This document shows positions 38,314-48,885 of a DNA stretch of 58,532 nucleotides, piece by piece. This DNA comes from Pseudonocardiaceae bacterium (GTDB lineage: Bacteria; Actinomycetota; Actinomycetes; Mycobacteriales; Pseudonocardiaceae). Each line of letters opens with the position of its first letter. The stretch's first letter is position 1. The position numbers and the translations under genes are program-made. Below the pieces are notes generated by a model. It was not told the DNA's origin. It saw nothing but the letters and a program-made list of their open reading frames with translations, and ran no database searches. The stretch spans positions 1-58,532 of the forward strand of contig JBOHGX010000136.1 of assembly GCA_050700255.1 (NCBI GenBank), written 5' to 3'.

Positions 38314-39735
38314 ATGGCACTGCTGATCACCGACCCCGATCAGGACTACCGCTCCCCGGTCCGGCGGCTGGCACGACTACTGGACGCTGGCTCGGCAGTC
38401 GCGTTGCGGCCGCGTGATTCCAGTGGTGTGTATGCCGTGCGCGGCCGGATCGACGCAGCGATGGTAGTCGCTTATTGCACGGATGCCACCACGATGGGCG
38501 GTGCGATGGGTGTGGACGGGTGCCGGCACATCGTGGCGACGATCGAAACCGCGGTGCGGGAACGGTGCCCGGTGATCGGCCTGTGGCACTGCGGTGGGGC
38601 GCGATTGGCCGAAGGCGTGCGATCACTGCACGGGGTGGGACAGGTGTTCGCCGCGATGACCCGCGCGTCGGGGCGGGTGCCACAGATCTCGGTGATACTC
38701 GGCCCGGCTGCGGGGGGTGCAGCCTACGGTCCAGCGTTGACAGACGTGGTGATCATGGATCCGGACGGCAAGGTCTTCGTCACCGGGCCGGATGTGGTGC
38801 GGAGCGTGACCGGTGAGCAGATCGGAATGGACGGCCTCGGCGGCGCCGAGGCGCATAGTCGCAGGTCCGGCGTTGTGCACGTAGTCGCTGAGGACGAGGA
38901 GGACGCCTACCTGCGGGCACAGCGGATCACCGGTTTCTTTACGAAGCCCGGCTTCGTCGACCTGAGCGGGGTCCGGGACGAGGGGGACCCGTGCACGCTG
39001 CTACCCGACAAGCCGCAGCGCGCCTACGACGTTAAGCCGCTGCTGCGGCACATCCTTGACACCGATATCGACGGCAACAGCATGTTCGAGGAGTTGCAGG
39101 CCCGGTGGGCGGCCAACATCGTCATCGGGTTCGGCCGGCTCGGCGGGCGTGCGGTCGGCGTGATCGCCAACAACCCGCTCCGTAAGTGCGGCTGCCTCGA
39201 TGCACTGTCCGCGGAAAAGGCGTCCCGGTTCGTCCGCCTGTGCGATGCGTTCGGCATACCGCTGCTCGTGGTCGTGGACGTGCCCGGCTATCTGCCCGGC
39301 GTTGAGCAGGAATGGGGAGGTGTGGTTCGGCGGGGCGCGAAGTTGCTCCATGCGTTCGCCGAAGCGGTGGTGCCTCGCGTGACCCTGGTGACCCGCAAAT
39401 CCTATGGAGGTGCCTATATCGCGATGAACTCCCGCTCACTCGGCGCGACCGCGGTGTTCGCGTGGCCTACCGCGGAAGTCGCGGTAATGGGCGCCCGGGC
39501 CGCCGTGGGCATCTTGCATCGAAAGAAGCTGGCGGCCGCACCGGAAGAGGAGCGGCAGGCATTGCATGAGCTACTGGTGGCCGAACACGAGTGTGCCGTC
39601 GGTGGGCTCGAGCAAGCCTTGGCGATCGGCGTCGTGGACGAGGTCATCGACCCCCGCCACACGCGGCGCAAGCTCGCCAAGGCGCTGGCCGCCGCACCCA
39701 CGGTGCGAGGCGGTCACGGCAATATCCCCCTCTAA
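38314..39735 (+). CDS. Acyl-CoA carboxylase carboxyltransferase (beta) subunit, AccD6-like size class
   Basis: 473 aa. Carboxyl_trans blocks GGAMG, GGARL.EG, GPAAGGAAYGPALTD and KSYGGAYIAM. No biotin carboxylase/BCCP partner in the window. Confidence 0.88.
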   Translation: MALLITDPDQDYRSPVRRLARLLDAGSAVALRPRDSSGVYAVRGRIDAAMVVAYCTDATTMGGAMGVDGCRHIVATIETAVRERCPVIGLWHCGGARLAEGVRSLHGVGQVFAAMTRASGRVPQISVILGPAAGGAAYGPALTDVVIMDPDGKVFVTGPDVVRSVTGEQIGMDGLGGAEAHSRRSGVVHVVAEDEEDAYLRAQRITGFFTKPGFVDLSGVRDEGDPCTLLPDKPQRAYDVKPLLRHILDTDIDGNSMFEELQARWAANIVIGFGRLGGRAVGVIANNPLRKCGCLDALSAEKASRFVRLCDAFGIPLLVVVDVPGYLPGVEQEWGGVVRRGAKLLHAFAEAVVPRVTLVTRKSYGGAYIAMNSRSLGATAVFAWPTAEVAVMGARAAVGILHRKKLAAAPEEERQALHELLVAEHECAVGGLEQALAIGVVDEVIDPRHTRRKLAKALAAAPTVRGGHGNIPL

Positions 39736-39749
39736 TCGCAAGACTCCGG

Positions 39750-40985
39750 CTACCGCAGCCAGGCGGGCAGCTCGGTGAGGCGGGCGGTCTGCGAGCCTTT
39801 CCGTCCCCACCAGAGCTCCTCGAATGGGACAGCGAGCCGGGCTGCCGGGAACTCGCTGCGCAGTACCTGAATCATGGTCCTCGATTCGAGCAGGGCAAGC
39901 TGTTCGCCGATGCAGTAATGGGGACCGCTACCGAAGGTCAGCCGCAGGGTGAGACCGCGGTCCAGGCGCAGCGTGTGCGGCTCGGTGCGGCAGCGGCTGT
40001 CGGTGTTGATGCCCTCGATGTCGATCAGGACGGGTGCGCCTCGTCGCAGCCGAACACCCGCGATCTCCAGGTCGGTTGCAGCGAACCGCCACAACGTGTA
40101 GGGCACCGGCGGATGCAGGCGCAGGGTCTCCTCGACGAAGTCGGTCACGACCTGCGGACCCGCGTCCGCGTCGAGGTGACCCGCCAGGACGTGCGCGAGC
40201 AGGAAGCCGAGGAAGGATCCGGTCGTGTCGTGCCCAGCGAAGATCAGCCCGGTGATCATATAGATCAGGTACTCATCCGGGATATCGCCGAACTCGGCGC
40301 AGGCGCGCTCGTAGAGCACTCGGGTCATGGAGTCTTGCCCACCCTCACGGGCGGCCCGCACGGTCTGGGCAAGCACCTTCTCCAGCGCCGAAGGGTCGGG
40401 CTCCGCATCGCTCGCGGTGCCCAGCGCGATCGCCTTCAGGGTGCTGATCGCGGTCCGGACCGTGACCGGATCCGGGACCGGGACGCCGAGCAGGTCGCAG
40501 ATGACGAGCAACGGGAAGTGGTAGGCAAACCCGCTGATCAGCTCGGCGGGTTCGCCGGCCTGTTCGGAGGACTGCGCGAGCTCGGCGAGCAGATCGCGGG
40601 CGATCCCCTCGATCCGCTCCGAAGACGCGGCCAGCCGGCGCGGATTGAAGGCGGGCCCATGAATCCGGCGCAGTTTTCGGTGCTCTTCGCCGTCGACGGT
40701 AATGAGCGTGAAAGAGCGTAGTTCGGGCGCCGGGAAGTCCAGTCCTTCCTCGACACCGTGCCATGAGGCGGGCGCCAGCTCCGGATCCTTGACGAATCGA
40801 GGGTCGCCAAGCACCTGCCTGGCCAGCGAGTCCTCGGTGATGACCCAGACCGGCCCGCCGGCCGGGGCGTTGGCCTCGACGATGGGGCCGCCTTTGCGGA
40901 GCGCGTCGTGCATTTCCGGCTTGTGCTGAATGGACTGTACGGGGCACGTGAACGGGTCGACCCCGACACGAGGTGCCCCGCTCAC
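39750..40985 (-). CDS. doxA: Cytochrome P450 (DoxA-like anthracycline C-13/C-14 oxidase)
   Basis: I-helix AGHDTTG, EETLR and haem loop [15 protein letters not shown]- and C-termini (VDPFTCP..., ...[11 protein letters not shown]) resemble DoxA as I remember it. GTG at 40985 overlaps the upstream stop as GTGA. Confidence 0.85.
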   Translation of the reverse strand: MSGAPRVGVDPFTCPVQSIQHKPEMHDALRKGGPIVEANAPAGGPVWVITEDSLARQVLGDPRFVKDPELAPASWHGVEEGLDFPAPELRSFTLITVDGEEHRKLRRIHGPAFNPRRLAASSERIEGIARDLLAELAQSSEQAGEPAELISGFAYHFPLLVICDLLGVPVPDPVTVRTAISTLKAIALGTASDAEPDPSALEKVLAQTVRAAREGGQDSMTRVLYERACAEFGDIPDEYLIYMITGLIFAGHDTTGSFLGFLLAHVLAGHLDADAGPQVVTDFVEETLRLHPPVPYTLWRFAATDLEIAGVRLRRGAPVLIDIEGINTDSRCRTEPHTLRLDRGLTLRLTFGSGPHYCIGEQLALLESRTMIQVLRSEFPAARLAVPFEELWWGRKGSQTARLTELPAWLR

Positions 40986-41806
40986 GATGACCGCCCACTC
41001 GAACCCGGAAAATCCGGCGCCTTGGCGAGCACCGAGAAACCGGCGCCGTGCGGATCGACCAGGTCGGCGCGCCGCCCGAGCGGGGTGTCGGCGGGAGGAT
41101 TCCGGCTGGCGGCACCGAGTTGCACCGCGCACCGCACGGCCGCGTCACAATGCTCGACGCCGAAGGTGAGCGCCCAGTGTGGTCGCGCCGCCTGTGTCGG
41201 GTCCAGCTCCCTGGTTCCCCCGACGGGCTGGCCGTCGACCTGCCAGATCGGGTCGGTCAACCCGGGGCGCGAGAAATTCTTGGCCGCCATGCCGAGGACA
41301 TGGCCGTAGAACGTTTTCGCGCCCTCGATGTCCCCGGTGACCAGCTCGACCCAGTTCACCGACCGTGGCTGCCCGGTCACCTCGGCGCCGTCCATCGAGA
41401 TGCTCTGCCAGACCGCGAACGCAGCTCCCGTCGGGTCGGCGAAAACGGCCATTCGGCCGAGACCAAGCACTTCCATCGGCGACATAATGATCTCACCGCC
41501 CGCCGCCACTGCGCGTTGTGTCAACGCGTCTGCGTCGTCGGTCGCGAAGTAGACCGTCCAGGCTGCGGGCATGCCCAGCTGCTGGTCCGGGCCGTACGGC
41601 CGGTGGTACGGCGTGTCGATCTGGTGCTCTGCGACCGCGGCGGCCAGCTTGCCGTCGCGCGAGAGGGTGGTGTAACCGCCAGCTCCTGGGTCGCTGACCA
41701 CGGTCGCGGTCCAGCCGAACAGATCGCTGTAGAAGCGAGCAGAAGCTGCCACGTCCGGCGAACCGAGATCGAACCACGTCGGGGTGCCGGGTGGGTAGCT
41801 GGTCAC
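40982..41806 (-). CDS. dnrV: Two-domain VOC/glyoxalase-fold protein (DnrV type)
   Basis: 274 aa with duplicated VOC modules (WFDLGSPD..., WVELVTGD...). GTG at 41806 after AAGGAAA. Sits between the SDR and the P450, as in dnrU-dnrV-doxA. Confidence 0.7.
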   Translation of the reverse strand: MTSYPPGTPTWFDLGSPDVAASARFYSDLFGWTATVVSDPGAGGYTTLSRDGKLAAAVAEHQIDTPYHRPYGPDQQLGMPAAWTVYFATDDADALTQRAVAAGGEIIMSPMEVLGLGRMAVFADPTGAAFAVWQSISMDGAEVTGQPRSVNWVELVTGDIEGAKTFYGHVLGMAAKNFSRPGLTDPIWQVDGQPVGGTRELDPTQAARPHWALTFGVEHCDAAVRCAVQLGAASRNPPADTPLGRRADLVDPHGAGFSVLAKAPDFPGSSGRSS

Positions 41807-42675
41807 TGTCGTTTCCTTTCGCCGTGTTCGGTGTCCCGCCCCAGGGCATCGACGCTGGAGTCCCACAGCCGGCAGGCAAGCTCGGGGGCCGCAGTCGGCC
41901 CACTGACCTCGCGTAACTGGCGGTCGGCGTAGTAGCCGCCGGGCACTAGGTCGGTGGCCGGCGCGGTCGCCAGCCAGACCAGGGTGTCGGCACCTTTCGC
42001 CGCGCTACGCAGGAACGGGTTGAGCCGGAAGTAGGGCGCGGCAACGGTCCCTCGACCGAACCGGGTGCGCACCTGGCCCGGGTGATAGCTGACCGGCAGG
42101 AGGTCCGGCCACCTCCTGGCGGCCTCGCGAGCGACGAGGATGTTGGCCTGCTTCGAAGTCCCGTAAGCACGGCCCGCCCCGTAGCGGGTTCGGTCGCCGT
42201 TGAGGTCGTCTGGGTCGAGCCTGCCTTCGGTATATGAGTCGGACGAGGTGATGATCAGCCGCCCGCCGTCGAGCCGGTCACGGAGCAGGTTGGCGAGCAG
42301 GAATCCAGCGAGGTGGTTGGTCTGGATCGTGGTTTCGAACCCGTCCGCGGTGATAGTCCGGGTCCAGAACAGGCCGCCCGCGTTGCTGGCGAGTACGTCG
42401 ATTCGCTCGTACCGGTCGCGCAGCTTTTCTCCGAGTTCCCGCACCTGGTCGAGATGCCTGAAGTCGGCGTGGAACGCCGTCGGGGCGTACCGGCCCACCG
42501 CGGCGGTCTCGTGCGTGACCGATTCGAGCCGGGCGGCGTCCCTGCCGACGACGATGAGCCGGGCGCTCAACCGGGCCAGCTCGATCGCGGCCGCCCGGCC
42601 GATGCCGGAGGTCGCGCCGGTCACCACGACCGTACGGCCGGTCAGGCTCGGCGCACTGTTGGTGTCCCCGGCCAT
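41803..42675 (-). CDS. dnrU: SDR oxidoreductase (retinol-dehydrogenase-like subgroup; DnrU-type ketoreductase)
   Basis: [19 protein letters not shown] and [13 protein letters not shown] at 42675 shares one nt with the ACP stop (TGATG). The 223 upstream codons of the track ORF are rejected. Confidence 0.75.
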   Translation of the reverse strand: MAGDTNSAPSLTGRTVVVTGATSGIGRAAAIELARLSARLIVVGRDAARLESVTHETAAVGRYAPTAFHADFRHLDQVRELGEKLRDRYERIDVLASNAGGLFWTRTITADGFETTIQTNHLAGFLLANLLRDRLDGGRLIITSSDSYTEGRLDPDDLNGDRTRYGAGRAYGTSKQANILVAREAARRWPDLLPVSYHPGQVRTRFGRGTVAAPYFRLNPFLRSAAKGADTLVWLATAPATDLVPGGYYADRQLREVSGPTAAPELACRLWDSSVDALGRDTEHGERKRQ

Positions 42676-42932
42676 CACACTTTTTCCCGCAGGCGGTCGT
42701 TGACGAACGCGACGAGCGAACCGGGAGTCGTGATCTCGGCTAGTTCTTCCTCCGGCAGCTTGAGCCCGTAGGTTCGTTCTATCCGGCTCGCTGTCTCGAG
42801 AACGGCGAGCGAGTCGTAGCCGAGATGATCGAAGGTGACGGCTTCGAAGTCGTCGTCCAGGTTGCCCGACTCGCCCTCGCCGGCGCATTCCCGCATGATC
42901 TGTTTCAGTTCGTCCAGGCTGAACTCGGCCAT
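42675..42932 (-). CDS. dpsG: Type II PKS acyl carrier protein
   Basis: 85 aa with phosphopantetheine site [10 protein letters not shown]. Confidence 0.92.
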   Translation of the reverse strand: MAEFSLDELKQIMRECAGEGESGNLDDDFEAVTFDHLGYDSLAVLETASRIERTYGLKLPEEELAEITTPGSLVAFVNDRLREKV

Positions 42933-43095
42933 GGTTGCGCCTTTCGTTCCGTCCGTTGGAGTCGCCGGCAGCCACTCTCGGCGCGCGCCGTGGAATCGCG
43001 CTTGAACAGCGACGGACTACGGGTTGTCCAGCGTGCTTCGAGCGCCGGTGGGCACGGTGAGGGCTCGCTGCCGACCGACTCGCGAAGGACTTGCC

Positions 43096-43536
43096 ATGGT
43101 GAATGCTCTGACGATTCTCGATTCGCCGGCGACCGATCCGAACCTCTACTTCGAGATTCAGCAGTTCTATACGCGGCAGATGCAGCTGCTGGATGCCGGC
43201 CGTACCGCGGAATGGGCCGGCATGTTCACTGAGGACGGCATCTTCGAGGTTGGAGCCAGGGCGGTGTCCGGTGCCGAGAACATCGCGCAGGCTGCACGTT
43301 CCGTGGCGGACGAGTTCGCGGAGACGGGGATCACCCGGCGGCACTGGATCGGGATGCTCATCGTGGAATGCGCCGCAGAGACCGTCGCGACCCGGTGTTA
43401 CGCCTTAATCCTGGAGATCCCCCCGGGCAGCGAGGTCGTGGTGCGCCGCAGCACGGTCTGTGAGGACACCCTCGTGCATTCCGGGACGGGCTGGCTGGTC
43501 CGGCATCGGCGAGTCACGCGGGACGGGATGGACTGA
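43096..43536 (+). CDS. NTF2/SnoaL-like superfamily protein (ActVI-ORFA/DpsH-like)
   Basis: 146 aa. ATG at 43096 after AAGGA. The pattern [25 protein letters not shown] is typical of NTF2-like small proteins. Divergent from the ACP gene. In-frame TTA at 43405. Confidence 0.6.
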   Translation: MVNALTILDSPATDPNLYFEIQQFYTRQMQLLDAGRTAEWAGMFTEDGIFEVGARAVSGAENIAQAARSVADEFAETGITRRHWIGMLIVECAAETVATRCYALILEIPPGSEVVVRRSTVCEDTLVHSGTGWLVRHRRVTRDGMD

Positions 43537-43538
43537 GG

Positions 43539-45023
43539 ATGACTGTTCCCCTGACGGCGCCGCCGATACTGTCCCAGCCGGACACCCGGCTGCCGTCGCG
43601 GATCGCTAAGTCCGCCCTCGCCACGGACGGGCTCGGGGGCGGGATGTCACGGTTTGGGAACTGGTTCGCTGGCCGCGCGGAGCGCAGCACGCACTGGGTC
43701 CAGCGGTTGCACCTCGACGAGCTCGTCGGTTGGAGCCGAGATCCTGACACCGGGAACATCGCGCATCACAGCGGCAGGTTCTTCACTATCGAAGGTCTCG
43801 ACGTGCAAATTCCGGATGCTCCGGTGCCGCGCTGGGGTCAACCGATCGTCAACCAGCCCGAAGTCGGCATCCTCGGCATCATGATGAAGGAGTTCGACGG
43901 AGTGCTGCACTGCCTGATGCAGGCAAAGTTCGAACCCGGCAACTGCAACGGCCTGCAGCTGTCCCCAACGGTGCAGGCGACGCGGAGCAACTACACCAGG
44001 GTCCACCAAGGCAAGGGCGTTCCCTATCTCGAGTACTTCCGCCATCCTGCGGAGCATTTGGTCGTCGCGGACGTGCTGCAGTCGGAACAGGGCGCGTGGT
44101 TCTACCAGAAACGCAATCGGAACATGATCGTCCAGGTCGACGGGGATGTCGCGGCGGAAAAGGATTTTCACTGGCTCACCATCGGACAGCTGCACCGGCT
44201 GCTCACGGTCGAGAATCTGATCAACATGGATGCGCGAACAGTGCTTTCCTGCCTTCCTTTCGCCGGTACGGACCTGCTTCCGTTCTTCGACGATGCGATC
44301 GCCGGTCGGGACACCTTCCACGAGACGGTGGTCCGGTCCTGCAGTGCGGCGGCCGGCAGCCTCCATCCGACCTACGAGATCTTGAGCTGGATCACCGGAA
44401 TTCGGGCACAGGCCGAGGTGCGCACCCGCGGGGTTCCGCTCGCGCAATTGCCGGATTGGCATTGGGTCGATGGTGCGATCTCTCACGAGAGCGGCCTGTT
44501 CTTCGACGTCATCGGGGTGGACGTGGCCGGCGGGTCGCGCGAGGTCGCCAGCTGGACCCAGCCGATGATCGAACCGAAAGGAACCGGGATCGTTGCGTTC
44601 CTGATCCGGCGGATCGAGGGGGTATTGCACGCACTGGTGCACGCCCGCGTCGAGCCAGGCTATGTCGACGTCGTCGAGATCGCGCCTACCGTACAGTGCA
44701 CGCCGGAGAGCTTGCGGGTGTTGCCCCCGGGGGCGAGGCCGCGTTTCCTCGACACCATTCTCGAAGCCGCGCCCCACCAGATCCGCTTCGCGACGAATCT
44801 CTCCGAGGAGGGCGGCCGTTTCTTCAACGCCATCAACCGGTACCTGATTGCCGAGGCCGACGTGGATTTTGCCGAAGGCTCCGAGTATCGGTGGATGACC
44901 CTGCACCAGCTTGTCGACCTGTTACGACACAGCCACTATCTCAACGTCCAGGCCCGCAGCCTGGTGGCGTGCCTGCACAGCCTGTCGGCGGGGGCAGGCT
45001 TGGCACCGCTGGTAGCCCCGTGA
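43539..45023 (+). CDS. dnmT: NDP-4-keto-6-deoxyhexose 2,3-dehydratase
   Basis: 494 aa with a duplicated Nudix-like dehydratase fold. HHSGRFFTIEGL and QPEVGILG blocks occur in both halves. Confidence 0.9.
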   Translation: MTVPLTAPPILSQPDTRLPSRIAKSALATDGLGGGMSRFGNWFAGRAERSTHWVQRLHLDELVGWSRDPDTGNIAHHSGRFFTIEGLDVQIPDAPVPRWGQPIVNQPEVGILGIMMKEFDGVLHCLMQAKFEPGNCNGLQLSPTVQATRSNYTRVHQGKGVPYLEYFRHPAEHLVVADVLQSEQGAWFYQKRNRNMIVQVDGDVAAEKDFHWLTIGQLHRLLTVENLINMDARTVLSCLPFAGTDLLPFFDDAIAGRDTFHETVVRSCSAAAGSLHPTYEILSWITGIRAQAEVRTRGVPLAQLPDWHWVDGAISHESGLFFDVIGVDVAGGSREVASWTQPMIEPKGTGIVAFLIRRIEGVLHALVHARVEPGYVDVVEIAPTVQCTPESLRVLPPGARPRFLDTILEAAPHQIRFATNLSEEGGRFFNAINRYLIAEADVDFAEGSEYRWMTLHQLVDLLRHSHYLNVQARSLVACLHSLSAGAGLAPLVAP

Positions 45024-45847
45024 AGGGCATCATCGTGGCCGACGGCGCGGACGCACGCTTGCATCCGATCACCCTCGCGGTTCCCCGGCAGCTCCTACCG
45101 GTCGGCGGCAAACCGCTGATCTACTACCCGCTGTCGGTGCTCGTGCTGGCCGGGATCCGCAATATCCTGGTCATGGCGGCTGCGGCCGACCTGCCTCAGA
45201 TCCGGCGGCTACTCGGTGACGGCTCCCAGCTAGGGCTGGCCATCGATTACGCAGGGCAGGATCGCGCCGGTGGCCCGGTCGAGGCCTTCATCATCGGAGC
45301 GGACCACATCGGCGATGAGAACGTCGCTGTCATTGTGGACGACAACATCTTCCATGGCCACCAGCTCAGTGACCTGCTCGAACACCACGCTCACGACGTG
45401 CCCGGCTGCGTGCTGTTCCGCTGGTCGAATCGCGCGATCACCGGCCTGTACTTCTACCACAGCGACGTAGTGGACCTGGCCAAGGAGCTGGTGTTGTCCG
45501 AACAGGGCAAAAGGGACATCGCCGGGCTGAACCGCGCCTACTCCGACCGCGGCCGAACCCGCCTGGTCGATCTCGGGCGCGGGTTCGCCTGGTTCGACGC
45601 CGCGACGCCGGAGTCGCTCATGCGGGCGAGCCAGTACATCCACGCCCTCGAAGAGCGCCAAGGCGTCCGGATCGCCTGCCTGGAGGAGGTGGCCTTGAGG
45701 ATGGGCTTCATCACCGCCGAGGCGTGCCATCGCCTCGGTGCGCGACTCGCCAAGTCTGAGTATGGCCAGTACGTCATGGCCGTGGCCCAAGAACCGTCCC
45801 CCCAGAAAGAAACGGCCGCATTGCTGATGGCCGGCATCCGGAGGTGA
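45020..45847 (+). CDS. Degenerate glucose-1-phosphate thymidylyltransferase homologue (RmlA/DnmL fold, catalytic motifs lost, internal deletion)
   Basis: VKGIIVADGADARLHPITLAVPRQLLP versus canonical KGIILAGGSGTRLYP.T.AVSKQLLP. About 28 aa are missing between GCVLF and AITGLYFY (the region carrying the EEKP Lys). GELEITD is replaced by GKRDIAG. GTG at 45020 overlaps the dnmT stop as GTGA. Confidence 0.8.
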   Translation: MKGIIVADGADARLHPITLAVPRQLLPVGGKPLIYYPLSVLVLAGIRNILVMAAAADLPQIRRLLGDGSQLGLAIDYAGQDRAGGPVEAFIIGADHIGDENVAVIVDDNIFHGHQLSDLLEHHAHDVPGCVLFRWSNRAITGLYFYHSDVVDLAKELVLSEQGKRDIAGLNRAYSDRGRTRLVDLGRGFAWFDAATPESLMRASQYIHALEERQGVRIACLEEVALRMGFITAEACHRLGARLAKSEYGQYVMAVAQEPSPQKETAALLMAGIRR

Positions 45848-45853
45848 GGTCCC

Positions 45854-47161
45854 ATGCGCGTCCTGTTCACCACGTTCGCCGCGCGGTCCCACTTTTTCGC
45901 CCAGGTCACCGTGGCCTCTGCGTTGCGGACCGCCGGTCACGAAGTCATCGTCGCCAGCCAGCCGGATCTGACCGACGACATCGTGGCCGCGGGTCTGACC
46001 GCGGTCGCGGTCGGTCCCATGCTCAACCTCGAGCCCGAGACACAGCAGGCAAACGAGAGCTTCAACGATCGCAACCTTGGCGGCCTGGACATGGCCAACA
46101 CCCGGCACGATCCTTTCACCTGGGACAAGGCACTGGGCATGTTCACCGCGATGACGTCGTTCGTGTTCCAGAACGTGTGCCCGGAACCAATGGTGGACGA
46201 GCTGGTAACGCTGGCGGTCGACTGGAAACCGGACCTCATCGTCTGGGACCCGTTGACGTTAGCCGCGCCGGTTGCGGCCCGGCTCTCCGGCGCCGCACAC
46301 GCCCGGTTGCTCTTCGGTCCGGATCAGGTAGCCAGGAACCGGGCGGCTTTCCGGAAGCTACTCGGCCAGCAGCCGGCGGGGCAGCGCGACGACCCGTTGG
46401 CCGAGTGGCTGGCCTGGACCCTCGAGCGCAACGGCGGATCGGCGGCAGAGATCGGCGAAGAGATGGTGGTCGGCCAGTGGACCATCGACCCGACCCCGAC
46501 CTCCATGCGCGCCCCGCTGGACCTGCATTACGTTCCGGTCCGCTACGTGCCCTATAACGGGCCCTCCACGCTGCCGGGCTGGCTCCGGGAGCCACCGCCA
46601 TACCCCCGGCGCCTGTGTCTGACGCTCGGGGTGTCGCTGGGGGAGGCGCCGGACGGGGGTACGGTCGCCGCCCGGGACGTGCTGGCAGCCGTGGACGGCC
46701 TTGATGCCGAGGTCGTCGCCACCCTCCCGCCCGATCTGCTGGTCCGATTGGGAAAGCTGCCGTCTAACGTCCGGGCGGTGGATTTCGTGCCGTTGAACGC
46801 CCTGCTACCCAGCTGCGATGCCATCGTGCACCACGGCGGATCCGGAACGTTCATGACCGCGCTGTCCCACGGGGTGCCGCAGTTGATCGTGCCGGACATG
46901 ATATGGGACTCAATGGAGAAATCGCTCACGCTGACCGACTGCGGAGCCGGGAAGTTCATCAGTGATCCCGAGGAATTGTCGGCGGAACGGTTGAGACACC
47001 ACATCGTCGCGATACTCGACGACCCATCCTTCGCGGTCAGCGCGGCGCGGGTCCGTACCGAGATCGTGGGGACTCCAAGTCCTAACGACATTGTGCCGGT
47101 GCTCGAGAATCTGACGGCTGAGCAGCGCCGACTCCACTCCGATCCGACCGTCGCGGCTTAA
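45854..47161 (+). CDS. GT1-family (GT-B) deoxysugar glycosyltransferase (DnrH/DnrS/AknK type)
   Basis: [15 protein letters not shown]...; C-terminal donor-binding [34 protein letters not shown]. Confidence 0.9.
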   Translation: MRVLFTTFAARSHFFAQVTVASALRTAGHEVIVASQPDLTDDIVAAGLTAVAVGPMLNLEPETQQANESFNDRNLGGLDMANTRHDPFTWDKALGMFTAMTSFVFQNVCPEPMVDELVTLAVDWKPDLIVWDPLTLAAPVAARLSGAAHARLLFGPDQVARNRAAFRKLLGQQPAGQRDDPLAEWLAWTLERNGGSAAEIGEEMVVGQWTIDPTPTSMRAPLDLHYVPVRYVPYNGPSTLPGWLREPPPYPRRLCLTLGVSLGEAPDGGTVAARDVLAAVDGLDAEVVATLPPDLLVRLGKLPSNVRAVDFVPLNALLPSCDAIVHHGGSGTFMTALSHGVPQLIVPDMIWDSMEKSLTLTDCGAGKFISDPEELSAERLRHHIVAILDDPSFAVSAARVRTEIVGTPSPNDIVPVLENLTAEQRRLHSDPTVAA

Positions 47162-47171
47162 CGTTGCGGTC

Positions 47172-47924
47172 ATGACAAGTTCTCATCGAGCGGTAATCGT
47201 CACCGGGGGTGGGTCGGGCATCGGTCGCGCAACCGCACGGGCGTTCGCCGAACAGGGCGACAGTATTCTCATCGTCGGTCGGACCCGTTCTGCGCTCGAG
47301 GACACGGCTACGGGCTACGACACTATTTACCCCCTCGCGGTTGACATCACTGATCCCGACGCCCCGACCGTCATCGCGGAGGCCGCACATCGTCAGCTCG
47401 GCCGAGTCGATGTCTTGGTGAACAACGCCGCCGCGGGCGGTTTCGGCGCGCTCGGCCAGCTCGACCGGGGGCTCGTCGAGGTGCTGACCGCGACGAACCT
47501 CGTCGCGCCGATCCTGGTGACCCAGGCCGTGCTCGACGCGCTGGAAGCCGCCTCGGGCATCATCGTCAATGTCGGCTCGGCCGGCGCGCTCGGCCTGCGC
47601 TCCTGGCCTGGCAACGCCGTGTACGGTGCGTCCAAGGCGGGGCTGGATCTCCTGACCCGTTCGTGGGCGGTTGAGCTTGGCCCACGAGGCATCCGTGTCG
47701 TGGGCGTGGCGCCCGGAGTGATCAACACCGAGGCGGGGAAACGAGCGGGGATGTCCCAGCAGGATTACGCGCAGTTCGTCGACGGGATGCGCGCGCAGGT
47801 ACCCATCGGCCGGATCGGCGAGCCGGCCGAGATCGCGTGGTGGATCGTCCAGCTCACCTCGCCGGAAGCCGGCTACGCGAGCGGCGCCGTCTTCGCCCTC
47901 GATGGTGCCCTTTCCGTGACCTGA
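47172..47924 (+). CDS. Classical SDR ketoreductase (aklaviketone reductase DnrE/AknU-like by context)
   Basis: [17 protein letters not shown] and YGASKAGLD. 250 aa. Confidence 0.8.
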   Translation: MTSSHRAVIVTGGGSGIGRATARAFAEQGDSILIVGRTRSALEDTATGYDTIYPLAVDITDPDAPTVIAEAAHRQLGRVDVLVNNAAAGGFGALGQLDRGLVEVLTATNLVAPILVTQAVLDALEAASGIIVNVGSAGALGLRSWPGNAVYGASKAGLDLLTRSWAVELGPRGIRVVGVAPGVINTEAGKRAGMSQQDYAQFVDGMRAQVPIGRIGEPAEIAWWIVQLTSPEAGYASGAVFALDGALSVT

Positions 47925-48865
47925 CCGGGGTGGCGTTCGGCGTAGGTTTTGGCCGCGTTCAGTGTCATGAGGCTGTTGCGACTCAAGGCGCAGCGAACGA
48001 ACTCGCGGGCGTCTTCGACGGTCGCGAGTTCGCCGAGGACCCCGGCGACCGCCTCCGGGGCGATCGCCACGGTGTGCCGTGACGTGGCCACGGTTACGTC
48101 GCCGTCGTTGCGGATCGTCCACTGCCCAGTGTGGACGGACATCAACGCGGGCAGGCGCAGCTGCTTGTAGACGATCCGGTGCTCGGGGAAGCAGACTCGC
48201 ACCGAAACGGTGGTGTGCGTCGAGCCGTCCGCCGCGCGGGTGTCCATTTCCAGCACCTGGAGGTGGGGAATCTTCTCATCCACCGACACCCGGTCGACGT
48301 GCGGCAGCCGCTGCGCCCACTCCTTTGCTTGGTAAAGGAATCTGTAGACGTCGGCGGCAGCACCGTCTACCTGCACGGTGTCGTTGACAGTGATCAGTCG
48401 CTGGTCGCCTTCGCCGCGTTCGGCGGCAGCGCGCAGCGCGGCGAGCTCGGTTTCGCTGTTGCGATCGACGGCTCGGTGGATCCAGGCGATTGTCTCCGGG
48501 GTGCCATCGACCGCCCGGAATCGGTGCCTCAGCCGCACCCGGCTGCGCCCGCCGGCGAGTGCCTCGACAATCCACTCGCCACCCATCGCCGCCACGGGAT
48601 GCGCGGAAGCCTCCTGGTGGAACCGGATCCGCAGCCCGTCACGGTCGAGCTCGCGCCGGGAGGTCCAGCCGTGGGCCTTGCCGTTGGCCGTCGCCCAGAT
48701 CCGGATGCGTTCCTCGGTGTCGCCGTGTTCGAGGTGCTCGACATGGATCGTGGGGGGAAAGATCGTCGGCCAGTTGCCCACGTCGACGAGCAGCCTGAAC
48801 ACCTCCGGAGGCGGGGCCGAGACGACGATCTGGTGCTCGGTCTGGCGGACAGCTGACTCCGACAT
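47873..48865 (-). CDS. dpsF: Didomain aromatase/cyclase (SRPBCC x2; ActVII/DpsF type)
   Basis: Two polyketide_cyc2-like halves ([16 protein letters not shown]..., [18 protein letters not shown]...). Start probably ATG 48865 (SD GGGAAGG); alternatives 48871 and 48880. Confidence 0.88.
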   Translation of the reverse strand: MSESAVRQTEHQIVVSAPPPEVFRLLVDVGNWPTIFPPTIHVEHLEHGDTEERIRIWATANGKAHGWTSRRELDRDGLRIRFHQEASAHPVAAMGGEWIVEALAGGRSRVRLRHRFRAVDGTPETIAWIHRAVDRNSETELAALRAAAERGEGDQRLITVNDTVQVDGAAADVYRFLYQAKEWAQRLPHVDRVSVDEKIPHLQVLEMDTRAADGSTHTTVSVRVCFPEHRIVYKQLRLPALMSVHTGQWTIRNDGDVTVATSRHTVAIAPEAVAGVLGELATVEDAREFVRCALSRNSLMTLNAAKTYAERHPGQVTERAPSRAKTAPLA

Positions 48866-48885
48866 GCGCATCCTTCCCACGGACT

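Noticed and set aside
39750-40985. P450 considered as a DnrQ/DesVIII-type non-catalytic glycosyltransferase helper
   Set aside because: The haem-ligand loop [14 protein letters not shown] with the Cys is intact, and the protein follows the dnrU-dnrV-like genes. A catalytic DoxA-type role is more likely. The helper candidate is the partial ORF at 58239.
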